In this document: piece after piece, positions 54,091-64,000 of the stretch | How the letters are laid out: every line of letters starts with the position of its first letter | How positions within the stretch are numbered: position 1 is the stretch's first letter | From: the human T2T-CHM13v2.0 reference genome, Homo sapiens | Assembly: GCF_009914755.1 (NCBI RefSeq) | Contig: NC_060934.1 | DNA: 64,000 nucleotides | Strand: one strand, 5' to 3' | Notes under the pieces: generated by a model | Database searches by the model: none | Told to the model about the DNA's origin: nothing | The model's input: the letters and a program-made list of their open reading frames with translations, nothing else | Program-made: the position numbers and the translations under genes

Positions 54091-55142
54091 TTTTCAGGGT
54101 CAGGAACAGGTTAACTGGATGAGATTCCATCCTCTGTGAACTCCCTGTGATTTTTGTGCAGTCACTATGTTGCCCAAACTGGCCCACTTCCCTTCACTGT
54201 TGTTGCTCCAGAGGGGCAGGAGGATTAATGTCCACGCTCGGATACAAAGTTTTCACACCCCACTGTCACTGAACTCCTGCCTGTAGGGAACATTGGCTAT
54301 GATAAAGAAAACTAGGTAAAGCACTGAAAGGGCAGTGCTCAGAAAGAGAAAGAAATGCGAGCAGCCCTGGGGCTATTTCCTTCCTGGAGGTTAGAAAACT
54401 CTCTGAGTGAGTGTGTTGATCAGAGGTCGACTAAGCTGCCTCATGACAATCGAATTCTGAATTTACTGCAGAGACAATAACCCCATCACACAAGTACAAG
54501 GGCATGTCGGTGAAAACCATGTTTTAAACTGTCAAGCTTTGTAAATAATAAAGCAAATTCAGATACTGCAACTAGCAAAAAGAAATCTGAAAATGGTAGA
54601 AAAACAAGTTTTACAGTGTATTCTCTGACGGTGATGGTATTGAAAAGAAGCGGCATCTCCCATACTACACCTAGCAGCCTTTTTCCTCCTGTATGTAATT
54701 ACATTTCAGGAGATAGCACTAGACCGATTCTATCCCGCTAGGTAGTAGGTTCAATTGTTATAAAAATAGTATGTAAGAGTTCTGAAAGTGTGCACAGAGG
54801 AATGAGAGATCAGTTAAAAAATTATTTTCATTTAAAAATAGTTCACACCCGTGTCAAGAGTTTATTTAAATACATTTAATTACATCATCTTTAAAGCATT
54901 TTTGTCCAGCAAGCAAAGCGATGTGATCACAAGTGATTTTTTGTTCTAAACAAAGTGATTTCCTGTTAGCACCGCGCAGAACTGTGTAGGCCCAGTGACC
55001 CTGGTTGGTGTCCGGATGATTTGATTAAAAGGGTGGCAAGGGGGAAGGATGAAGAGGGAAGGCCAGATGCTTTGGGATGTTTCCCTCTTTTTTTTTTTTT
55101 TTTTTGCTATATTGAATGTTTTGAGATAAGTATAATGCTTTA

Positions 55143-55481
<339 letters not shown>

Positions 55482-56018
55482 TTACACACAATACCAATTA
55501 CACCAGAGTGAACTACATTCCCTGCAGCAGTTAATATTGGCTCAGTGCACCCGCCACTTTCCTGTGCCCTGAGAACACTGGCTTCAGGACCCCACAGGAC
55601 CCCGGGATTGTGTGTCTGCCTTTGCCTCAACACAAATCAGCACTTCTGGTGACCTCTGTCTTTAGGGTTACCACTGTCTTTTAGATCACAATGGGGTGAC
55701 CACCATCTTTTGGGTGACCACTGTTAGTTAGTTAACAGTACCTACTCAGACAACTAAAGGAACAGTGAGTGTTGTAATATCTCCTTCCAAATTCCAACCT
55801 CCCCCACCAAAATCCAATTCACAATCAAAAAATCATTGTAAGAAACTGGGATTTGGTATGCACCAATTAAGAGTCTATGTTTGTTTCTCAGAAATATTAT
55901 CTACGTACAAATCATTTTTGGAAGACATTCTAGAATGTTTCATGGAGAAAAGTTTAGATTAGAAAATAGAAATCTGTTTCTCATCCTTAATGTAAACAAG
56001 GCTTACATATTTGAGGGA

Positions 56019-56396
56019 TGTTAAAAGATAAATTTAGGCACATGAAAAATTTGACAAGTTTATTTGAGCTGACAGCGATTCATGAATCAGGCAGCAACAA
56101 ACCACAAGCTTCTAAGAGCTCCATAAGAGGGTGGGAGGGAAAACGTTTACAAGGTGTCTCTGGAAGCAGGACAAAGAAACACGTGATTGGTTAAAGTGGA
56201 AAGTCCCCAGCTAGAGGGGTTCCTTAGCAGTTACTGATTGGTAAAGTCTCCACTTGGTGGGGATTTGGCGGTTTCTGATTGATCGAGCTTAAGTTTCCTG
56301 TTACTATTTAGACTGAGTTGGGTTTTGCTTGCCTATATAGCAGCCCAGGGCCCTGGAGTGCCTCAGCCCAATGGCCAACCAGTTAATTATTTAACA
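56019..56396 (-). mobile_element. MER93-like ERV1 solo LTR
   Basis: TGTTAAAAGA..GACAGCGATTCATGAATC..GATTGGTTAAAGTGGAAAGTCCC..TTAATTATTTAACA. Confidence 0.8.
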
Positions 56397-58433
56397 CGGG
56401 ACGTGGCTCGTGCATAGGAAGAGGTCTTCAGTCCTCAGTTTTATATTCTTATGCCAACCCAATTTTATTTCTTCTTCAGCCTCTCTAGCCTGGGAAATGT
56501 TTAATTACCCTCTTTCTCAATCCTAATCTCTTTTTCCCCCTGGCTTCACGGATTCTACCTCCAGGCTCAATTTGGGGTGAGCTAAATTAGGAAGGCTGAA
56601 TACAAAATTATGTCTGCCATTATTATTCCGTTATCGATATAGACACTATAAAATTTAAGCACAAAATCCTGAAGTACTCTCATAAGTGAAGGCCAGCTAT
56701 ACACCATGCAAAACAGGGTGACATATTCGTGCAGTGCGTGGAAGGATGTCCCTCTAAAAGATCCCAGATTCTCTACCAGTTCCTCAATGCTTGTCAGATG
56801 ATCCGGTCACTAATAATGAAAAAAAAGGCACAGAGACTAAGCTATATTCTGAAGGGATTTACTTGGCTATAATTCTTTATGTCACGTAATGATGGGGTGA
56901 TTTTGATTGGAGTTTAAAAAGAAACATCTGTTTGGGTGAGAAAAGTGCTCAGATAAGCTTAACCATAAAATATGAGGCAGCAGAAATGCCCCTGGGGGAC
57001 AGGATTAAGCTGTTCTTCAGGATCTATTCGAGCTGTGCCCTTGGGGAGGTCATTCAGTTTATCAGTGCCTCAGGTTAGCATCTCAAGAAATTCACGTCTC
57101 CGAGTTGTTATAAAGCTAAATAATTTAGCATCTATAAAATCCTATGAGATGAAAGGCACAATAGAAATGCAAATTATTATTTTATTATGAGACACCATTA
57201 ATAGGACAGAAAGTAAAATGCTCTCTTTGATAGATGTCCAGTTCAGCTGACTGATGGCATTGTGCTTGCGTCTTAGAAATGTATGATACTTAACTGCAAC
57301 AGATAATTGCCTTCCATCCTGCTTTGTTTCATCTGCTCTCCTTAAGAATTATCTTTGGTAGTTTCTCTTCAGGGGTTACCCCTGTCAGTTCATCCCGACA
57401 TTCCTCAGCAAATTGAACAAAATCGTTGCCAGAAATCCTCAATGAGAAGCAATGCTTCTTCATTACAGTAATTATGTTTTATGTGGAAGCTTTTTCATAA
57501 AAAGGTATCAAAGTTTTTAATTTAAGTTCAAAAGATGATATGTTGCTAGTGGCAATGACATTAGCTAAAGCCTCGTTGTTAAATGGAGAAATTTGTTTTT
57601 TAACCTAGAAGAACATTTTCAGTAGGCTTCCCATTGGTAAAATAAAAATGGTGGTCTCACTGTTTAATCTCCAAGATCAGAACCAGGAAATGCAATCCCT
57701 CCAGCTAGGAGACAGGCAGCTACCTCTTTTTGATGCAGGAAGCAAGTTGGTTCTGTAGTGGAAACCCTGATTCCCTCTCTCTGGTTGCTTCCTCTGGGCC
57801 TCTGGGGACTGGGGGGCTCAGGGGGAGCCAGGCTTTTCATCCAGCTACTGTCACCCCAGCCTTTTGGCTGGCCGAAGTCCACGGCCTCCAGTCAGCCAGT
57901 TACCAACATACAGGGTAAGCCGAAGGGCTCTGCCGCCTGAGGAGTGGGGGAAAATAGGCAGGAATGGGGTAACCTTTGAGGCTCATAATTCTCGCATCAA
58001 TTGTGAATCATCCCATTTTCGTTAACCAAAATCTGGAAGATAGAGTGACAAAGAATCTTTGTGATATTTCCTGTATAAAGTAGTCTAGGCAAGAAATGCT
58101 TACTTTAAAAAAATTGGATTTCTGGGTTATTTTTTATTTATTTGGACAGTAAGCAAAATGTTTAGTTTCAGGACTATTTGGGGGGTGGCCCCATATATAA
58201 AAGAATCCTAGAGGGGAAAAAAGATGAAGATGATTGAGAAAAGCAAACTGAATAATACAAATGCTATGGCATTCTGTAAATCGGTGCTATTTTAAATATC
58301 TACCTGTTTCTAGTCTTGGGAGTCAGCATGCTTGAAGAAATGCAACCTTGGCTTCCAGTCTGCACTCGGTCACTCGCCAGGTTAGGAAGTGGTCAAGGGA
58401 GGAGCTCTCTAAGCCTCGGCTTCCTCATTGCAT

Positions 58434-59158
58434 CGTTCAAAGAAAAACTTCAGACAAATTAAGTATAACAGAGTTTAATAGAGAAAAGAATGGGTCACAC
58501 ATCAGGCAGCTCCCCAGAACCAGAATAGGTTCTGAGGTGTGACTCTGGGGCTGCTACGGGTTAGGACAGAAAAGTGGCAATAGCGGGAATGGAAATGGAA
58601 GTGACAGCCAGAAACAGTGGGATTGGCTCCGGCTCCGTGTTTGCCTTTTTTTTTTTTTTTTCGTCTTGAGATGGAGTCTCGCCCTTTCACCCAGGCTGGA
58701 GTGCAATGATGCGATCTCAGCTCACTGCAACCTCCGCCTCCTGAGTTCAAGCGATTCTCCTACCTCAGCCTCCTGAGAGGCTGGGATTACAGGCGCCCGC
58801 CACCACGTCTGGCTAATTGTTGTATTTTTAGTAGAGACAGGGTTTTGTCATTTTGGCCAGGCTGGTCTCTAACTCCTGACCTCAGGTGATCCGCCCACCT
58901 CCGCATCCCAAAATGCTGGGATTACATGTGTGAGCCACCACGCCTAGCCTAGTGTTTGCCTTTTTCAGCAGTTTGAACAGTGGCCGCTGTGAGCAGTTGA
59001 GAGACGGCTGCTGGGATTGGCTGGGGCTTGGCTACGTGTTCCAGGAGCAGGTGGCGTCCTGTGGACACATCCAGGTAAGTCACACTTCATTGTGTATGAA
59101 GCAACCTTTAGGCCGAACCTAAAACGTGTAAGGAGGCAGCTTTAGGCTAAAGTGAACA
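58434..59158 (-). mobile_element. MER57-like ERV1 LTR, split by an Alu
   Basis: AGAAAAACTTCAGACAAATTAA..CCAGAATAGGTTC..CCTTTAGGCCGAAC..AAGGAGGCAGCTTTAGGCTAAA; flanks GCAT/GCAC. Confidence 0.82.
58646..58949 (-). mobile_element. Alu (AluSx-like)
   Basis: Full dimer, TSD GTGTTTGCCTTTTT. Confidence 0.97.
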
Positions 59159-59639
59159 GCACGATCTGTACATGCACGGCACACATGTAACATGCACAGA
59201 ATGGTGGCCGGGACCAAGTGAGATTTAATCAACGCTGCTTCCCTCCCCCACTTTTCTCAGCACACAGAGAAGGAAGCACTCAGGACGTTGTTGAATACGT
59301 TGTGAATTGTTTTAATGAGGGAGCTTGGAAATGGAAGGCTTTACAAGTTACCTCAGGCCATGTCAGTCTGAAGCCGCTGAGTACATTCGTTTTAGGCATT
59401 TCTGAAGGTGGCGGTTTATGATGCTCTGAGGAAAAGTTATTAAAGTAATAGCCACGTATAGTACTTCCTTAGGAAAGTTAGTTCTTGAACTAACGCCATT
59501 TGTCGTATGGTAACGAAAGAGAGAGTGCCAAGAAATTCAAGTCCTGATCTTTGCTTATTGTTTATAATATTAAAAATATATTTTATCTCAATACTTTATA
59601 CCTGTAGTATACAAATATACTTAAAAACACCTTATATTT

Positions 59640-59870
59640 GTATCTTTTTATATTTTCAAAGTACTTTGGTGCATATTACTTTATTTCACCCTAACAACAC
59701 CATCGTGGTTTGGAAAGGGGAGTTTTTTTCTTCCCATGTTTGGGATGAAGAAACTTAGACTCAGGGAAGTAAACTGATGTTTAACAACCAACCAAAAAGT
59801 GGAGGCGGAGTGGAACCAAGGCCTGAGCAGGCTCACTCTGCGGCCAGCATCCTTTTCATTCCAGCACTGA
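59640..59870 (-). mobile_element. MIR relic
   Basis: CCCATGTTTGGGATGAAGAAACTTAGACTCAGGGAAGTAAA. Confidence 0.55.
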
Positions 59871-60384
59871 CTCCTGGTTTAGAAAACTAGCACAGTGAGG
59901 AAGATCCTTCTTATTCATGGCAATTTGCTCACTTCCAATGTGACTACTATTCTAAACAGAATTTAGAATAAAGTGAATATCTATGGGTCTCATGCAGTGA
60001 TTATGTGTGTGTGCTCACAGATATGGATGTATGGATGTGTGTATTTATCTCCTGCTTTTTTCTGAAAATGTTTTGAAATAACTGATTTCAAAATTACAAA
60101 TGCAGACAACAAAGCTGTTGAGATGAATTGATGTAGGACGTAACCTTGATTCTTGTTTAAAACAGATTAAAATATTAGAAAGGGGGCTGAGCTAGCTGCT
60201 CTGTAATTCAAGGATGATGGGATGTTTCTGTTTTAAGTTCGAGACGGTGCTTCTGCCTGTAAGAGCCTGTAATTTGAGACACAAAAACAAATGATGGGTT
60301 ATGATAATGCATGTGGTTTTATAGACCATTCTATGACACTAGATGACAGTTGAATTTCTGAATTGTTTGTGCTTTGGATTCTAT

Positions 60385-60883
60385 TGCTGGGGTGCAGGAA
60401 GTGCTATCCCAAAATAGGACATCTTGGGAAATGAGAAAACTGCAGAAGCCAGAAGGTTCCTCTCTGGCCTTTTTCTACCTTTCTCCCCTGTGAGCTGGCC
60501 AGAAAAGAGTTTTCTGACCTACTTTCCCTGAAAATAAGACTGTCATTCCAGATATCAGCCCCTCGTATGCCTCTGAAACCTGGAGAGGAGCTGCACACAG
60601 ACAGGCCAGGAAGGTTCTGAGCCGAGAGGCCTTGTTCATTTCCCGAGCGTATCACCTTCAGATCACACCCTTTTCCTCCAATCACACTTCAGCACGACTC
60701 CCATAAAAATACAGTTTTCTCTGTGTCTTTGGGTCTTCATTTCTGAAGGTTCTCATGTAAAATAAAACTTCTATTAAATAAATTCATTATGCTTTTCTTT
60801 TGTTAATCCCTATTTTGTTATAGGATCTCAGTCATGAACCCAGGGGTGGGTGAGGAAAGCATATTACTTATTTTTCCCCTCAA
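60385..60883 (+). mobile_element. MER39/MER34-family ERV1 solo LTR
   Basis: TGCTGGGG..CCCAAAATA..TCTTTGGGTCTTCATTTCTGAAGG..ATTAAATAAATT; 4-bp TSD CTAT. Confidence 0.78.
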
Positions 60884-60889
60884 CTATCA

Positions 60890-61085
60890 TATATGACCAA
60901 TTTGTCAAGCACATGCTAAAGGTTTTGCACACATCGCACCATTTATTTGCATGTTTACTGGCACACTATGAAGTGGCGTTATAATTACTGTTCTACGATA
61001 AAGATACGGAGGCTTAGCAGAATCAGTGCGCCCAGGGTGAGAAAGCCCGTGGCCGAGGGAGCTGGAATTCTTGTCTGGATCTCTG
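60890..61085 (-). mobile_element. MIR relic
   Basis: GATAAAGATACGGAGGCTTAG..GCCCAGGGT..GAGCTGGAATT. Confidence 0.5.
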
Positions 61086-62560
61086 GGACTCCTCTTCCCT
61101 CCCGAGGACACTTTCTTCATTGTCAGCTGGAACACAGGGCCTTGCATTGTGAGGCTGGCCCAGCACCAGCTGCGTGAAAATCAAAGCTGCCGTGGCACTT
61201 CAACAACCGGAAGTTACCACCATGTGATCAGCTGGTTTCCAGGCACCAGCGGTTCCAAAGATGGCGTGGCTTTTGCAGGGTTTGCACCAGGGATGTGCGT
61301 TATGGGAGACCCGATCTCTTGTGTCCTTAGGGATTTCACTGCACGGGAGAACCACAGGGTTTGAGCTGGAGTCCTCCTGGCACCCAAGGATGGAGTCGGT
61401 TCACTGCAGTCAGCAGAAGTAGTTTCCCTGGCACCCGTTCCTCCAGAGAACACCTGCTCAGATACAGGTAACCCTGCACCTGTGTATGGATCATCGGACA
61501 CCTGCTCAGATCCAGATCCAGATCCAACCCAAGCACCTGTGCAGGGATCATCGGCGAGACTTACAGAGCTCCCAGGGATAGAAAGGATTTCCATCTGTGA
61601 CTCCACAGAGGAGGCATCTGATGGGCGTGGGCTGTCGTCAGAATGCGCCTGGCCTCACAGAACCTGGCGGGAGCAGTGCGGGGAATGGCCATCTCTGTTC
61701 TGAGCACACTGGCCTTCCTGAGGACAAGCCGGCTGCCCTCCCAGGCTGACCTGTGAGTGGACGACATTGCACACGCCCTCCTCGCTGGGGTGGAAAAGGA
61801 AGCTGTCAGAATGAGCAGTGCGACTCACCAGCTGGGGTACCTCCAAGTAAAGAGGCCTTCCTTCCAGAACCACTGTAAGCCAGCATTGCTGTTTTACATA
61901 GAAGAAGAAAGGTTATAGTTTTCATAAGGAAATCTCAATGTGAATGCCAGCAATATAAAGATAATGCATGTCCACCTGCTTTAAGATGAATTGTGGTTGC
62001 TTTTCATATTTCTCACTGAGGAATGATCAGGCATTTATCTAGTAAATGCTTAGAAGGTGCTTCTCACCTTGACCTGGACTCTGATTTCCCCATGGTTGTG
62101 CTTTCGTTGATGGTGTAAATCTGCACCTGCACCAGCACCAGCAATTCCGAGACTCCTGTAAGAAATCAGGGAGGATCCCTGGTTCTTGGCATAGGAGCAG
62201 GTGTGTGGTCAGGGGGATGACAGACCCCACAGAGTGTGGTCCACTGAGCAGCTCTTGGGGAGGATGAAGATGGGAACAAACAAACAAAAGCAGGTGTGAG
62301 AGCTCTGAGCAAGGGAGCAGGTCATTCACACTTCCTGGGCCCCTGGGTTGGTTTCTTTCCTGCAATAAGGAGTGTGATATTTCTTCTCGGGGGATCCTGA
62401 GTTTGAAAATGTCTTGTGAATGGTAATGTCTGGGACAAATATCCTGTCCTGGAGCAGGAGGAGGTAAGAGGGGGACAGACTGCGACCATCATCAACCATC
62501 TGCTGCTGGTGGACCCTCAGGAGCAGAGGATGCAGGGGTGTGGGGGCCTGGCTGGGGAGC

Positions 62561-62762
62561 CTGGGCCTTGCAGTGGGTCCTGTGGGGTCCCCAAGTCCCC
62601 TTGGCTCTCCCTGGGCCTTGCAGGGGGTCCTGTGGGGTTCCCGAGGCCCCTCAACTCTCCCTGGGTCTTGCAGGGGGTTCTGTGGGTTCCCCGAGGCCCC
62701 TCAACTCTCCCTGGGCCTTGCAGGGGGTCCTGTGGGGTCCCTGAGGCCCCTTGACTCTCCCT
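62561..62762. repeat. 50-bp minisatellite x4
   Basis: CTGGGCCTTGCAGGGGGTCCTGTGGGG..GGCCCCTCAACTCTCC at 62561, 62611, 62661 and 62711. Confidence 0.96.
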
Positions 62763-62970
62763 AAGGTTTCTTGGGCATCTATTGGTAGTACTTTACCCCA
62801 AAACCCCCATCACAGGCTGGGACGCTCTCCCCAGCAGAAGAAACAGGGGATTGGGTTCAGGCCCCCTTAATCTCCCCACCTACAGCCAAGCCCTGAGCTT
62901 CTCAGAGGTCATACCCACATTTCAGATGGTGACAAGATAATTACTGTGATGAGGTCACTCCCAGCCACAT

Positions 62971-63348
62971 GGAGGAAGAGGAGGAAGAGGAGGAGGAGGA
63001 GAAGGAGGAGAAGGAGGAGGAGGAGGATGAGGAGGAGGAGGAGGGAGGAGGAAGAAAGAAGAGGAGAGAGGAGGAGGAAAGGAGGAGGAGGGAGGAGGAG
63101 GAGGAGAAGGAAGATGAGGAGGAGGAGGAGGAAGAGAAGGAGGAGGATGAGGAGGAGGAGGGAGGAGGAAGAAAGAGGAGAGAGGAGGAGGAAAGAGGAG
63201 GAGGGAGGAGGAGGAGGGAGGAGGAAGAAAGGAGAGAGGAGGAAGAAAGAGGAGGAGGAGGGAGGAGGAGGGAGGTGGAGGGAGGAGGAGGAGGAGAAGG
63301 AAGATGAGGAGGAGGAGGAGGAGGAAGAGAAGGAGGAGGAGGAGGAGG
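62971..63348. repeat. (GGA)n-based homopurine tract
   Basis: ~378 bp of A/G with only a few T. Confidence 0.97.
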
Positions 63349-64000
63349 CAAGTTTGCTCTCAGAGTTCAGGCTGGGAATCATTATGAACATGTTGTGTTA
63401 GCCGACCTCCCAGGTGAAATCTAAGTGAATGGTTAACCTCACTTCCTCATTTTTGGGCTTGTGCATTTGAGGGAGCACAGCCCGAGTGGAAGCTCCCAGA
63501 CACAGGCTGAGCTTGTTCTATCAGCCTGATATCAATCGGCCCCTCAGCATTGCAAAGGCCGGTGGTGCCGGGAGCTGGCAGCCCTGGCATCGTGTATTCC
63601 AGGCTAGAGATTTAATTCTGAGGCCTGCCCTTACTGTCTGTGACCTTGGCTTCCAGTGAACCCTCTGTTCCTTCTTGTAGATGGAGAGAAGGCCCAGTGA
63701 GGCGTGCAGGACTGGAGTTCAGTGCCGTGCTGGGTCGCTGCATTGCCGGAGCTTCATGCTACCTGTCTCTTCCCCAGCCTGAGCTCTTTCTTTAAATAAA
63801 GCAAAATAGTTGAATCCCAAATGAGGCAAAAAAAAAAGCTGGACTGCAATAATAGACAAAAGGTCCTTCCAAGACACCATTAACTGATGCTGCTACCAAA
63901 ACCTAAGGGAAGAGGACCTGTTCAGTTGTTTCTCACTGTTGCTGACGTCGCTAGAAAACCTGGCAGCCTCTTGGTCTTGGTCTGCCCTGCAAGAGTGTGG

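Noticed and set aside
53667-54187. His/Thr- and Cys/Val-rich ORFs
   Set aside because: Artefacts of the (TG/CG)n tract
62909-63401. Poly-E/R/S/P ORFs
   Set aside because: Translation artefacts of the (GGA)n tract; the same applies to 36412-36848, 45832-46226 and 10673-10876

Overview
Primate (very likely human) non-coding genomic DNA. I found no supportable protein-coding exon, intact RNA gene or CRISPR array. The ORF track is explained by Alu, L1, LTR, simple-repeat and chance ORFs. The window is a mosaic of Alus, 3' fragments of L1, MaLR/ERV1/ERVL LTRs, hAT and MULE DNA-transposon fossils, MIR/L2 relics, several minisatellites and long purine or alternating purine-pyrimidine tracts. Subfamily names are recalled from consensus sequences, not from a search. 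Best leads: (1) a ~1.9 kb Ricksha-type MULE fossil with a decayed + strand transposase and a convergent ~173-codon minus-strand frame interrupted by only one stop, a candidate second transposon gene; (2) a 5' tRNA-Asp(GTC) half inserted with a perfect 15-bp target-site duplication (TSD) and no tail; (3) a twin-primed (5'-inverted) L1PB; (4) an internally deleted THE1 provirus; (5) a MIR-derived 82-bp VNTR. The sequence alone does not demonstrate a new biological system, and I cannot assign the locus.
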